Notes: generated from the sequence alone by a model not told the origin. 63,105 bases of DNA from Bacteroidota bacterium (GCA_947456185.1 CANGPW010000003.1:1-63105), one strand, 5' to 3'; positions 29,961 through 40,677 are shown, numbered from the stretch's first letter. Numbers and translations: made by a program.

Positions 29961-32306
29961 ATGTGGAGTAAATTAGCAGATTTTATTTTAAAATTTAGAT
30001 GGCAAAGCCTTTTAGCCATTGTAATAATTACTATTTTTTTTGGGTACCAAGCTGGAAAAGTTCAGCTTACCTATGATTTTGCTAAAATTATTCCGGCCGA
30101 TGATCCCGATTATATTGAATACATCAAGTTCAAAAACACTTTTGGTGAAGACGGAAATGTATTGGTAGTTGGCGTTCAATCGGACAAAATTTTCGAATAT
30201 GATTTTTTTAACGATTGGGCTCATCTAACCAATCAAATTGAAAAAACTGATGGAATTGAAAAAGTTGTTTCATTGAGTAACATGTTTACAATTTACAGAA
30301 ATGATTCAAGCCAAACGCTCCAATTAAAGCCATTGCTAGAAAGTAAAATATTGAACCAAATTCAATTGGATAGCTTTAAAAGCAAAGTAGCTGATTTGAA
30401 ATTTTACAATGGTTTTTTATATAATCCAGAAAGTAATGTAACCCTTTTGGCCATTACTTTAAAAAAGGAAAAACTAGATAGCAAAGAGCGAATTCCTTTG
30501 GTAAACAGCATTGAAGATGCCGCTAATATTTTTGGTAAAAAGTATGGTTGCGAAATGCATTATTCAGGTTTGCCTTATGTGCGAACCATTATGAGCAGTA
30601 AAGTAGCCGATGAAATAAAAATATTTATTTATTTATCCATATTTGTAACAGCATTATTTATTTTCATTTTTTTTAGGTTTTTAAGCGCTGTAATCCTTTC
30701 GCTTTTTGTAGTAATAGTTGGTGTAATTTGTACCCTTGGCACCATTGCATTATTTGGTTATAAAATCAGTTTATTAACAGGAATCATTCCTCCTTTAATG
30801 GTGATAGTCGGGGTGCAAAATTGTATTTATTTGCTCAATGTTTATCACCAGGAATTTTTAAAACACAAGGATAAAATTAAAGCCATCAAAGAGTTAATAG
30901 CCAAAAATGGTTTGGCTTTATTTTTAACAAATATTACTACTGCCATAGGTTTTTGTGTTTTCAGTTTTTCAGGTAGTGCAGTTTTAGATCAATTTTCAGT
31001 AGTTTCTGGAATCAATATTATGTTAATTTACGTCATTAGTTTGGTGTTTATTCCTATTGTTTATAGTTACTTACCTGCCCCTAAAATTAAACATACTAAA
31101 CATTTAGAAGCTAAACGTTTGAATAAAGTTTTAGCCTATTGTAATTACTTAATTTACCATAAACGCAGAACCATTTATATTTCAACCATTGTGTTGGTTT
31201 TGGTAAGTATTAGTGGTGCTTTTTTGGTGGATGGTACTGGATATGTGGTAGATGATATGCCCGAACAAAATAAGGTTTATAAAGATTTGAAGTTTTTTGA
31301 GAAGAACTTAAAAGGAATTTTACCATACGAGATAGCAATTGATACCAAACGTGATAATGGTGTGAAGGATTATGAAACACTTCAGAAAATAAATAAATTA
31401 GAGAAAGATTTAGCCAAAGTTCCAGAGTTTAGTAAAGCTGTTTCAGTTGTCGATTTTTTAAAATTTGCCAATCAAGGAATGCATGATGGCGACCCAAGGT
31501 ATTATCAGCTTCCAGATGTGTTAGCCATTAGCGAAATGGTGAATTATTTACCAAAACAACAAGGTAAAACTAATTTATTAAAATCCATGGTTGATAGTAA
31601 TTTTAGGGTAGCAAGGGTAAGTATTCAAATGGCTGATGTGGGTTCAACTGATATTAAAAGAATTCATCAAATGGTGCAACAAAAAGTGGATTCTATTTTT
31701 GATAAAACCAAGTATGATGTAAAATTAACGGGAACGAGTGCTATCTTTTTAAAAGGAAACGATTACTTAATCAATAACTTGTTGAGTTCAGTTTTTTGGG
31801 CATTGTTGCTTAATTCTTTCATGATGATATTTTTATTTGCTTCCTGGCGAATGATGCTTATTTCATTGTTGCCAAACATTATTCCATTATTAGTTACTCT
31901 AGGTATTATGGGCTTTTTCAATATTCGATTAAAACCATCTACCATCATAATTTTTAGCATTGCTTATGGAATTGTGGTTGATTTTACCATTCATTATTTA
32001 GCCAAATACAGGCACAGTTTAAAGAAACATAATTGGGATATGAGCATTGCCATTCCTGAAAGTTTAAACGAAGCAGGACCAAGTATCATATACACTGCAG
32101 TAGCTCTTTTTGGAGGATTTATCATTTTTGCAGCTAGTTCATTTGGTGGTACAAAAGCATTGGGAATTTTGACTTCATTATCGCTCATTTTCGGAATGTT
32201 AATGAACTTATTATTGCTTCCATCCTTATTGCTATCATTAGAAAAATCAATCAATAACAAGAAAGAATTTGAAACCACATTTGTGGAGGTAGAACCTGAG
32301 GATTAG
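29961..32306 (+). CDS. MMPL/RND-superfamily membrane transporter
   Basis: Two 6-TM repeats with large periplasmic loops; GIVVDFTIHYL motif. Confidence 0.88.
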   Translation: MWSKLADFILKFRWQSLLAIVIITIFFGYQAGKVQLTYDFAKIIPADDPDYIEYIKFKNTFGEDGNVLVVGVQSDKIFEYDFFNDWAHLTNQIEKTDGIEKVVSLSNMFTIYRNDSSQTLQLKPLLESKILNQIQLDSFKSKVADLKFYNGFLYNPESNVTLLAITLKKEKLDSKERIPLVNSIEDAANIFGKKYGCEMHYSGLPYVRTIMSSKVADEIKIFIYLSIFVTALFIFIFFRFLSAVILSLFVVIVGVICTLGTIALFGYKISLLTGIIPPLMVIVGVQNCIYLLNVYHQEFLKHKDKIKAIKELIAKNGLALFLTNITTAIGFCVFSFSGSAVLDQFSVVSGINIMLIYVISLVFIPIVYSYLPAPKIKHTKHLEAKRLNKVLAYCNYLIYHKRRTIYISTIVLVLVSISGAFLVDGTGYVVDDMPEQNKVYKDLKFFEKNLKGILPYEIAIDTKRDNGVKDYETLQKINKLEKDLAKVPEFSKAVSVVDFLKFANQGMHDGDPRYYQLPDVLAISEMVNYLPKQQGKTNLLKSMVDSNFRVARVSIQMADVGSTDIKRIHQMVQQKVDSIFDKTKYDVKLTGTSAIFLKGNDYLINNLLSSVFWALLLNSFMMIFLFASWRMMLISLLPNIIPLLVTLGIMGFFNIRLKPSTIIIFSIAYGIVVDFTIHYLAKYRHSLKKHNWDMSIAIPESLNEAGPSIIYTAVALFGGFIIFAASSFGGTKALGILTSLSLIFGMLMNLLLLPSLLLSLEKSINNKKEFETTFVEVEPED

Positions 32307-32310
32307 ACAT

Positions 32311-32338
32311 TAGTTGTTGGTTGTCAGTTGATAGTTTT
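32311..32338 (+). repeat. Heptamer array after the MMPL stop
   Basis: TAGTTGT TGGTTGT CAGTTGA TAGTTTT. Confidence 0.55.
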
Positions 32339-32375
32339 TTTATAAAGAATTTAGTTTTGCTTTGACACAATTTAA

Positions 32376-32383
32376 TACATTTG
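32376..32383 (+). promoter_or_regulatory. -7 promoter element TACATTTG
   Basis: Exact TAnnTTTG, 19 nt before the ATG at 32403. Confidence 0.55.
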
Positions 32384-32402
32384 CACCTCGAAAACATATA
32401 CT

Positions 32403-33056
32403 ATGAAATTTTATAACTTACTAATTAAATACCGCTTTTGGGCTGGAATAGCTTCATTAATCATTGGACTTTTACTTCAGTTTGCTGGCTTAGGCGATAT
32501 TTGGGCAGCCATTATTTTTTATACCTTATCAGTGATTGCTGTATTTACACATTTCTTTATTGGCCCATTACGTTTGGTTCAAGAGCCAATGGAAAATGGT
32601 GATGTAGAAAAAGTAGAGCGTATTATTAAATCAGTGTGGTTTCCAAGATTATTATTCAAACCTATTCGTAGTTCGTATTATACTTTAATAGGCAATATTG
32701 CCATGGCAAATAAAGATTTTGATACAGCTGAAAAAAACCTAAAAATGAGCGCTGCTGTTGGAAGTAAAATAGCCGAAAATGAAGGTTCTACCAAAGTACA
32801 ATTAGGCATGGTGGCTTTGCAGAAAAGTAATTTTAAAGATTCAGAAAAATATTTTAGAGAAGCATTGAAAATTACGCTTGATAACGATAATAAAGCAATG
32901 GCTTTGTTAGGAATGGTTCAAATTTATATGAACAAAAGAGACATTAGAGCAGGAAAAGATTTTTTAATGAGGGCTAAAAATTGCAAATCGAAAAACGAAC
33001 AAGTAGTTGCACAAATAAAAGATTTAGATAAACATTTGGCTCGTGTACCGGGTTAG
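32403..33056 (+). CDS. Membrane-anchored TPR-like protein
   Basis: Two N-terminal TM helices followed by TPR-like helical pairs. Confidence 0.7.
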   Translation: MKFYNLLIKYRFWAGIASLIIGLLLQFAGLGDIWAAIIFYTLSVIAVFTHFFIGPLRLVQEPMENGDVEKVERIIKSVWFPRLLFKPIRSSYYTLIGNIAMANKDFDTAEKNLKMSAAVGSKIAENEGSTKVQLGMVALQKSNFKDSEKYFREALKITLDNDNKAMALLGMVQIYMNKRDIRAGKDFLMRAKNCKSKNEQVVAQIKDLDKHLARVPG

Positions 33057-33097
33057 TTTTTTTTAGTACTTAGTACTTAGTTTTTAGTACTTAGTTA
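33053..33097 (+). repeat. Heptamer array (TTAGTAC/TTAGTTT) overlapping the stop codon
   Basis: TTAGTAC TTAGTAC TTAGTTT TTAGTAC TTAGTTA. Confidence 0.85.
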
Positions 33098-33153
33098 ATA
33101 GGAATTGTAAGTTATTTGCTTTACGACAAGAGGAACAAGTATTGCTAATTGAC

Positions 33154-33179
33154 TCCTTCGACTCCGCTCAGGATGACAA
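33154..33179 (-). repeat. REP-like element TTGTCATCCTGAGCGGAGTCGAAGGA
   Basis: Same family as 1184 and 10959, with CATCC...GGA in place of CACCC...GGG. Confidence 0.8.
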
Positions 33180-33209
33180 ATAAGGCTTATTGCATATAGC
33201 AAATTGAAT

Positions 33210-35156
33210 TTACTTAACAATCACCGTTCCAATTTTTTTAGTCAAAACATTCCTTTGCTTGATCAAATCCATATGAATGTGTTGATGAATTTCAAAGTCT
33301 TCTTCACTTAAACTGGGTGTCAATAACTGTTGATTTTTTACTATTAATTTATTGATGTATTTGATATGCAAATGTAAAATAGCTGAATCAATATCGCCTT
33401 TGATGTCTTTAAAAAAACTTTCTAAATTTACAGAAGCTTTCCTCTCCCAAAGCGGACTTAAAGTATATTCTTTAGCTAATAAATTAGCAGCTAGGGTAGT
33501 TATTAGCGGATTTTGATGGTTAATAAAAAACTTTCCATCCAAGGTATTTCCACTTTGTAAAACAGAGTATGATTCCTCTAAAATTAAAGTAACAATTGGA
33601 TTGTCAATTTCAATTTCTTTTTCTAATATTTGTTTCAATAAATAACTTGCTGCAGTTTCTGATTCATTTTCATCAATTTTTTTATCGCCAAAATTGATAA
33701 TTAAACGAATCAAATCACGTTCCTGGTCATCAAAAATAATGGAATCACTAAGTAATTCTTGAAACTGTTCTCCATGCGATTTTTCAGGTGGTACAAAACC
33801 TTCAAAAGCGTCATTGCTAATGTATTCTTTTTCTTTATCGGTTAAAAACTGCTTGCGCAATTTATTCAACTCTACTATTAAAATCTGCTCGTCAATGTTC
33901 ATTAAACGAGCACATTCACTTACAAAAATAGAACGCTTAATACTATCAGGTATTTTGCTAATACTTTCTACAATTTCACGAGTAACATTTGCTTTTTTTA
34001 TTGGATCGTTACCTGCATCAGCTAATAAAAGATTTACTTTAAAAGCAATGAAATCTTGTCGTTGTGTTTCTAAATAATTTTTAAATGCATCGCTCCCTAC
34101 TTTCTGACTGTAACTATCTGGATCATCTCCATCGGGAAAGGTTAAAACACGTACGTTCAGCCCTTGTTCCAAAAGCATGTCAATTCCTCTAATACTTGCT
34201 TTTATTCCTGCTGCATCACCGTCAAAAAGAACAGTTACATTTTCAGTAAATCGTTTAATTAATCGAATTTGGCCTTCGGTTAATGAAGTTCCACTAGAGG
34301 CAACTACATTTTCCACACCTGATTCGTGCATACTAATTACATCGGTATAACCTTCAACGAGGTAAACAGCATCTTGTTTTCTTATTTCATTTTTACCATA
34401 ATAAAGTCCGTAAAGCTCGTTGCTTTTATGGTAAAGCAATGTTTCGGGCGAGTTTACATATTTAGGACTATTGGGTTCTTTTTTTAAATATCGGCCTGCA
34501 AATGCAATTACTTTTCCGTTTAAATTATGAATAGGAAAAATTACTCGACCACGGTAAGCATCAAACTTTTTTCCATCTTCTTTATGTTTAACCAAACCTG
34601 AGCTAAACAATAAATCTTCACTGAATTGATTGGCAATTGCTTTATCGAAAAAGGCCGACCAACTATCTAAACTGTAACCTAAGTTAAATTTTTTGATGGT
34701 TTCGTTTCTGAAACCACGGCTTTCAAAATAACTTAAACCAATGGCTTGGCCTATTTCATTATTCAATAAAATATCTTGAAAATAATCGTTTGCCCAATTA
34801 TTTAATATTTGTAAACTTTCCTTTTCATCACGCTGTTTTTTCTCTTCATCAACGTTTACAAATTCCTGTTGTGGCCATTCCACATTGAATTTTTCGGCTA
34901 AAAATTTTAATGCAGGAACATAACCTAAACTGTCGTGTTCCATAATAAAATTAACTACGTTGCCGGCTTTGCCGCAACCAAAACATTTAAAAATTCCTTT
35001 GGCAGGACTTACAGAAAATGAAGGAGATTTTTCAGTATGAAAAGGACAAAGTCCAGTTAAGTTAGAACCTCTGCGTTTTAAACGCACGTAATCACCAATT
35101 ACTTGTTCAATATTGGCGGCATATATAATTTCGTCTATTTTAGCTTGAGGTATCAA
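33210..35156 (-). CDS. dnaG: DNA primase
   Basis: CHC2 zinc finger CPFH...CFGC, KYVNSPET, VEGYTDV and FDGDAAG motifs; TTG start. Confidence 0.97.
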   Translation of the reverse strand: MIPQAKIDEIIYAANIEQVIGDYVRLKRRGSNLTGLCPFHTEKSPSFSVSPAKGIFKCFGCGKAGNVVNFIMEHDSLGYVPALKFLAEKFNVEWPQQEFVNVDEEKKQRDEKESLQILNNWANDYFQDILLNNEIGQAIGLSYFESRGFRNETIKKFNLGYSLDSWSAFFDKAIANQFSEDLLFSSGLVKHKEDGKKFDAYRGRVIFPIHNLNGKVIAFAGRYLKKEPNSPKYVNSPETLLYHKSNELYGLYYGKNEIRKQDAVYLVEGYTDVISMHESGVENVVASSGTSLTEGQIRLIKRFTENVTVLFDGDAAGIKASIRGIDMLLEQGLNVRVLTFPDGDDPDSYSQKVGSDAFKNYLETQRQDFIAFKVNLLLADAGNDPIKKANVTREIVESISKIPDSIKRSIFVSECARLMNIDEQILIVELNKLRKQFLTDKEKEYISNDAFEGFVPPEKSHGEQFQELLSDSIIFDDQERDLIRLIINFGDKKIDENESETAASYLLKQILEKEIEIDNPIVTLILEESYSVLQSGNTLDGKFFINHQNPLITTLAANLLAKEYTLSPLWERKASVNLESFFKDIKGDIDSAILHLHIKYINKLIVKNQQLLTPSLSEEDFEIHQHIHMDLIKQRNVLTKKIGTVIVK

Positions 35157-35161
35157 TTTTT

Positions 35162-35169
35162 CAAAAATA
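35162..35169 (-). promoter_or_regulatory. -7 promoter element TATTTTTG 5 nt upstream of the dnaG TTG
   Basis: Exact TAnnTTTG, but the context is AT-rich so a chance match is possible. Confidence 0.4.
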
Positions 35170-35182
35170 AGGAAATTATGGA

Positions 35183-35217
35183 AAATTCGAATTGTTAAAT
35201 TCTAAATTCGAATTTGT
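35183..35217 (+). repeat. Heptamer array (AAATTCG family)
   Basis: AAATTCG AATTGTT AAATTCT AAATTCG AATTTGT. Confidence 0.55.
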
Positions 35218-35235
35218 TTTGAAATAATTTGAAAA

Positions 35236-36153
35236 TTATTTATTTACCATGGTTATATCTTGGGTTTTAGCTTTTTTGATACTAGCCAAATAAACACCCA
35301 CAAAGACGATGACCATAAAAATTAATTTTTCAAAACTCAATTCATCAGTGGCAAATATAATGGCAATTAAAGTAGCGCAAACTGGTTGTAAATAAATATA
35401 TGAACCCACTAAACTACTGCTTGCATGGCGCAGTGCATAAGCATTTAATACGTAAGTTAAAAAAGTAGAACCAATGGTAATAAAGCCTACAAAAAACCAA
35501 ATTTTAGGAGTAAAAGTGAACCATGCTATTTGGCTAAATTCAGCTGCACCAAATGGTAAAACTAATAATGTTCCAAACAAAAAGCTGTAAAGCGTAACCG
35601 TTAATGGATGATATTTATGAATTAATTGTTTGGCATAAACCAAATAAAACGCATAAATTATTGCATTTGCAGCCACCATTAAATCACCAATAACTCGATC
35701 TGAATCAAACTGAAACTTTCGACCTCCAACCAACATAATGGCACCTAAGCTTGCAAGCAGAACACCAATTAATTTTTGAAACGACAGTTTTTCTTTGTGC
35801 CAAATCATTGCAATAACAATCACAAAAATGGGCGTGTTCATCATTAATACCGAAGCATTGATTGGGGTAGTAATTGACAAGCCTTTAAAGAATAACATCA
35901 TGTTTGCAGCTACTCCAAAAATGGCGCATACTAATAGTTTCAAATAATCTTTTTTATCAGTAATTTTCTCTTTGATAAATGATTTATGAAACAAAATAAT
36001 GAGCACACTTGCTACCGAAACGCGCAATAAAATAAATGCAAAAGGTTTAATATAAAAGGGCATTACCTGCTTTGCAATGCTGAAAGTTGCACCATAAATA
36101 ATGGTAACAATCCAAAGGGCAATATGAACTTTTACTTTTTGATTCATGAGCAT
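35236..36153 (-). CDS. DMT/EamA-family transporter
   Basis: Ten TM helices in two EamA repeats; YLQPV motif. Confidence 0.9.
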   Translation of the reverse strand: MLMNQKVKVHIALWIVTIIYGATFSIAKQVMPFYIKPFAFILLRVSVASVLIILFHKSFIKEKITDKKDYLKLLVCAIFGVAANMMLFFKGLSITTPINASVLMMNTPIFVIVIAMIWHKEKLSFQKLIGVLLASLGAIMLVGGRKFQFDSDRVIGDLMVAANAIIYAFYLVYAKQLIHKYHPLTVTLYSFLFGTLLVLPFGAAEFSQIAWFTFTPKIWFFVGFITIGSTFLTYVLNAYALRHASSSLVGSYIYLQPVCATLIAIIFATDELSFEKLIFMVIVFVGVYLASIKKAKTQDITMVNK

Positions 36154-37494
36154 TTATAGCTTCATTGATTTCACTTCTTTTACAAAACGAATGCATAAAA
36201 ATATAGCTGAAAAAGTGAGCCCAATGCTCAGGCCATACCAAATTCCGTACAAACCTAAATTCATAGAAAATGTAAAATAGTAACCCAATGGAATTCCAAT
36301 TACCCAATATGCAATGATGGTAATGATAGTTGGCACTTTTGTATCCGACAAGCCACGTAAAGCACCTAAACTAACAGCTTGCACACCATCACTTAACTGA
36401 AACATAGCAGCTATATAAAGCAAACCTGCAGTGATGAATTGAACGTCAACATCGTTTACACTAATTTCAACAATAAATTGATTAAACAATGTAAATATCA
36501 ATGCACAAAAACCCATAAAAACACCACCTAAAATAATGCCTGATATACCAGCATAAAGCATGTCGTATTTATTTTTTCGTCCATAAGCATCACCTACTGC
36601 AATGCCAGTTCCTGCCGAAATTCCTGTAGCAACCATATACGTTAACGAAGCCAAGTTAATGGCTAAAGTATGAGCTGCTTGTTCGCTTTTTCCAATCCAA
36701 CCAATGATAATGGCTGCAGTTGCAAATGCACCCACTTCAAAAAAGTATTGGAATCCACTTGGTAATCCAACTTTTAAAATAGAAACAAATTGTGTTTTTA
36801 TAGAACTAGCCGTTTTTATTAAATAGGGTTTATATTGTTTATGCAACAAAACATATAAAAGCATGCTGATAAACATTAATATTCTGGAAATAATAGTGGC
36901 CCAACCAGCGCCTTTTAAGCCCAATGCTGGCATTCCCCAATTTCCATAAATGAACATATAATTTAGTAAAATATTTAACGCCAAAGCAATCATGGTAATG
37001 ACTGCTGCAGGAGCAGTAATTGATAGTCCATCGCTGAATTGTTTAACAGCTAAAAATAGTAATAAAGGTAAGGTACTATAATTTAATAAAGTAAGAAATT
37101 CATTAGCCAAAGGTTTTACATTATCATCTTGTTTGAACCAATCTAAGTGATTGCTCAAAAGCATATTTACAAAAAATATAAATACTGATAAAACCAAAGC
37201 AACCAAAATTGCAGCTTTAAAATAGTTGACACATTCTTGTAAATTATTTTCTGCTTTTGCCTTGGCAATTAAAGGCGAAACCGCCATTAAAGTTCCTAAA
37301 CCTAAAATGGTTATTAAATAATAAATGGCATTTGTTAAACCTGCTGCGGCTAAGTTGGTAGCATCAATTTTTCCAATCATTAAAGTGTCGGCAACACCCA
37401 TTAACACAATGCCTAATTGCCCAATTATAATTGGCCAACTTAGCTTTAAAATACTTTTAAAATAGGGTTTGTAAACTGAATAAATTGCTTGCAC
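36154..37494 (-). CDS. MATE-family efflux transporter (NorM-like)
   Basis: About 12 TM helices; DTLMIG, EVGAF and FQLSDG motifs. Start probably GTG 37494 (ORF track 37530). Confidence 0.88.
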   Translation of the reverse strand: MQAIYSVYKPYFKSILKLSWPIIIGQLGIVLMGVADTLMIGKIDATNLAAAGLTNAIYYLITILGLGTLMAVSPLIAKAKAENNLQECVNYFKAAILVALVLSVFIFFVNMLLSNHLDWFKQDDNVKPLANEFLTLLNYSTLPLLLFLAVKQFSDGLSITAPAAVITMIALALNILLNYMFIYGNWGMPALGLKGAGWATIISRILMFISMLLYVLLHKQYKPYLIKTASSIKTQFVSILKVGLPSGFQYFFEVGAFATAAIIIGWIGKSEQAAHTLAINLASLTYMVATGISAGTGIAVGDAYGRKNKYDMLYAGISGIILGGVFMGFCALIFTLFNQFIVEISVNDVDVQFITAGLLYIAAMFQLSDGVQAVSLGALRGLSDTKVPTIITIIAYWVIGIPLGYYFTFSMNLGLYGIWYGLSIGLTFSAIFLCIRFVKEVKSMKL

Positions 37495-37864
37495 TGAATA
37501 AAAATTAGTGCGCGAAAGTAAGTAAAACAAATACTCTTCCCGTTGAAATTTGAAAAATGATTTGCTTTAATTTCAAAATTCAAAAAACTTTAGAATAAAA
37601 TTTAGCCAATTGATACATTAAATTTTTATGTTAAATACTATTAAAATTGCAGGTTAAATGGAATATCATTAAACATTTTTGAGTTTAAAATTATCATTTA
37701 CAGCTACTTGTGTACAATGGGTTAAAGTTAATTATCACACGGCATTGAATTTAGATTAACAGATAAAAATCAAGATTTTTTTTGATTTCCGTTAGTGGAA
37801 ATTTGTAAAAACAATTTCAAAAAATTAATGTTGTAATATTTAATAATAAATAATTATAACTTCA

Positions 37865-39361
37865 ATGTCAAAAATTGCAATCATAGGATCAGGTTTTTCT
37901 GGATTAAGTTCAGCAGCTTATTTATCTGCTGCCGGACATGAAGTGCATGTTTTTGAAAAAAATGCATCAATTGGAGGAAGAGCAAGGCAATTAAAAACAG
38001 AAGATGGTTATGTTTTTGACATGGGACCAAGTTGGTACTGGATGCCCGATGTGTTTGAAAGATTTTTTAAAGATTTTGGCTATTCGGTTGCTGACTTATA
38101 CGACTTAAAATTATTAGATCCTTCGTTTGATGTAGTTTTTGAGGGAAATGATAAAATATCGATTCCTGAAAATTTTGATTCATTGTGCAATCTTTTTGAA
38201 TCAATAGAAAAAGGAAGTGCTGAAAAGTTGAAGCAATTCATGGAGGAAGCTGAATACAAATATAAAACAGGTATTGAAAATTTAGTATATAAACCAGGAA
38301 TATCCCTTTCAGAATTTGCAGACATTGATTTGATAAAAGGCATGTTTCGATTGCAAGTTTTTTCATCGTTTAGCAAGCATGTGAGGAAGTTTTTTACTCA
38401 TCCTAAACTAATTGCCATCATGGAGTTTCCTGTTTTGTTTTTGGGCGCAATGCCCCAAGATACACCAGCACTTTATAGTTTGATGAATTATGCTGGTTTG
38501 AAATTAGGCACTTGGTATCCACTTGGTGGTTTTGGAAAAGTAATTGATTCCATGAAACTAGTAGCAGAAAAAAAAGGTACTATTTTTCATGTAAACGCTA
38601 ACGTTGAAAAAATTGAAGTTGAAAACAATCAAGTTAAGCATTTATTAGTAAATGGTAATGAATTTAAATGCGATGCAGTTGTAGCCTCAGCCGATTATCA
38701 TCATGTAGAAAGCAAACTATTGGATGAAAAATATAGAAATTACAATGAAGCATATTGGGATAAAAAAGTTTTTGCTCCCTCTTCTTTAATTTATTATTTA
38801 GGCATCAATAAAAAAATCAATAATTTAGATCATCACACCTTGTTTTTTGATGAAGATTTAAACCAACATGCGGTTGAAATATACAAAACGCCCATGTGGC
38901 CAACAAAACCATTGTTTTATGTTTGCTGCCCGTCAAAAACTGATGATGAAATTGCTCCGCACGGACATGAAAACATATTCTTATTAATGCCCATTGCATC
39001 AGGAATAGCGGATTCTGAAGAAATGCGTGAAAAGTATTTCAATCTAATGATTTCAAGATTAGAAAAACAAGTTGGTGAAGATATTTTATCGCATATTGAT
39101 TACAAAAAAAGTTACTGTGTAAATGATTTTGTTTTTGATTACAATTCATATAAAGGAAATGCATACGGACTTGCAAATACATTGATGCAAACCGCTATTT
39201 TAAAACCAAAAATAATCAATAAAAAAATTAAAAATTTATTTTATTCTGGGCAACTAACTGTTCCTGGTCCTGGTGTTCCACCGTCAATTATATCTGGCAA
39301 AGTTGCCGCAGAACTAGTAATAAATCATTTAAAAAAAATAACCTATGAAGTCACTATTTGA
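37865..39361 (+). CDS. crtI: Phytoene desaturase
   Basis: IIGSGFSGL FAD motif, FDMGPSWYWMP and GQLTVPGPGVP motifs. Confidence 0.92.
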   Translation: MSKIAIIGSGFSGLSSAAYLSAAGHEVHVFEKNASIGGRARQLKTEDGYVFDMGPSWYWMPDVFERFFKDFGYSVADLYDLKLLDPSFDVVFEGNDKISIPENFDSLCNLFESIEKGSAEKLKQFMEEAEYKYKTGIENLVYKPGISLSEFADIDLIKGMFRLQVFSSFSKHVRKFFTHPKLIAIMEFPVLFLGAMPQDTPALYSLMNYAGLKLGTWYPLGGFGKVIDSMKLVAEKKGTIFHVNANVEKIEVENNQVKHLLVNGNEFKCDAVVASADYHHVESKLLDEKYRNYNEAYWDKKVFAPSSLIYYLGINKKINNLDHHTLFFDEDLNQHAVEIYKTPMWPTKPLFYVCCPSKTDDEIAPHGHENIFLLMPIASGIADSEEMREKYFNLMISRLEKQVGEDILSHIDYKKSYCVNDFVFDYNSYKGNAYGLANTLMQTAILKPKIINKKIKNLFYSGQLTVPGPGVPPSIISGKVAAELVINHLKKITYEVTI

Positions 39362-40181
39362 TGATGTTTCAGTAAAGTGCAGCAAATTAACTACCCGAGC
39401 TTATAGTACAAGTTTTTCGCTTGGTATATATTTTTTGAAAAGCAATTTACATGACCCCATATATTCAATATATGGCTTTGTGCGTTTTGCTGATGAAATT
39501 GTTGACAGTTTTGAAGGATTTGACAAAAGTAAATTACTGAAAAAATTTAAAGAAGAAACCTATGAAGCCATTGAAAATAAAATTTCATTGAATCCAATTT
39601 TAAACGCTTTCCAGCAAGTAGTAAATCAATACCATATTTCACATGATTTGATTGAAACTTTTTTGGAAAGTATGGAAATGGATTTAGAGAAAATAGATTA
39701 CTCAACAGAAAAATATGAAACTTATATTTTAGGTTCTGCAGAAGTAGTTGGACTCATGTGTTTATATGTTTTTACTGATGGAAATATTAAACTTTATGAA
39801 GAATTAAAACCATTTGCCATGAAGCTAGGTGCAGCATTTCAAAAAGTAAATTTTTTACGTGACATGAAAGATGATTACCATATTCTTGGCAGGGCATATT
39901 TCCCTGGAATTGACATGTCAAATTTTTCAATTACAGCCAAACAAATGATTGAAAAAGAAATTGAAGGTGATTTTAAAGCTGCTTTGTATGGCATTAAAAA
40001 ATTACCTGATTCCTCAAAAGGAGGTGTTTATTTGGCTTATGTTTATTACAATTCATTGTTTAAAAAAATAAAAAATGCGCATCCCCAAAAAATTCTAACT
40101 GAAAGAATTAGAATAAGCAATAGCGAAAAATTTGGTTTGATGATAAACAGCATGTTCCAATACAAAATGAACTTATTATGA
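39345..40181 (+). CDS. crtB: Phytoene synthase
   Basis: YSTSFS, RFADEIVD, GSAEVVGLMC and NFLRD motifs. Confidence 0.92.
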   Translation: MKSLFDDVSVKCSKLTTRAYSTSFSLGIYFLKSNLHDPIYSIYGFVRFADEIVDSFEGFDKSKLLKKFKEETYEAIENKISLNPILNAFQQVVNQYHISHDLIETFLESMEMDLEKIDYSTEKYETYILGSAEVVGLMCLYVFTDGNIKLYEELKPFAMKLGAAFQKVNFLRDMKDDYHILGRAYFPGIDMSNFSITAKQMIEKEIEGDFKAALYGIKKLPDSSKGGVYLAYVYYNSLFKKIKNAHPQKILTERIRISNSEKFGLMINSMFQYKMNLL

Positions 40182-40675
40182 GATTTTTATTGCTTATAAT
40201 AACTAGTTTTATTTTTGCCAATAGCTCAGCCAATAATCTTTCCATTGAAGAAGTTAGAAATCTTTATCAAAAAGCTTCAAAAGATGAAGTTTTATGTAAA
40301 AAATTAATTGCGGATTTACAAATTTACAATGAAACTAACAACACTTCTTTAGCCGCTTACAGGGCATGTGCCAGTATGATAATGGCAAAATATGTTAGCA
40401 ATCCAATTAATAAATTATCGAAATTTAACGAAGGCAAAAACTTACTGGAAAAATGCATAGAAAAAGACAATAAAAATGTAGAAATACGTTATTTGCGTTT
40501 TACCGTACAGTGCAATGCTCCAAAGTTTATAGGTTATAATTCATCAATTATTTTGGATAAATATTTTCTATTAAAATCAGTTTCATCCATCAATGACAAA
40601 CAATTGAAAAATATAGTCATTACCTTTTTAAAATCCTCTGCTTATTTAACCAACACTGAAAAACAAAAACTATAA
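40178..40675 (+). CDS. Exported helical protein of Bacteroidota carotenoid clusters
   Basis: Signal peptide; EIRYLRFTVQ.NAPKFIGY; translationally coupled to crtB. Confidence 0.65.
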   Translation: MRFLLLIITSFIFANSSANNLSIEEVRNLYQKASKDEVLCKKLIADLQIYNETNNTSLAAYRACASMIMAKYVSNPINKLSKFNEGKNLLEKCIEKDNKNVEIRYLRFTVQCNAPKFIGYNSSIILDKYFLLKSVSSINDKQLKNIVITFLKSSAYLTNTEKQKL

Positions 40676-40677
40676 AA

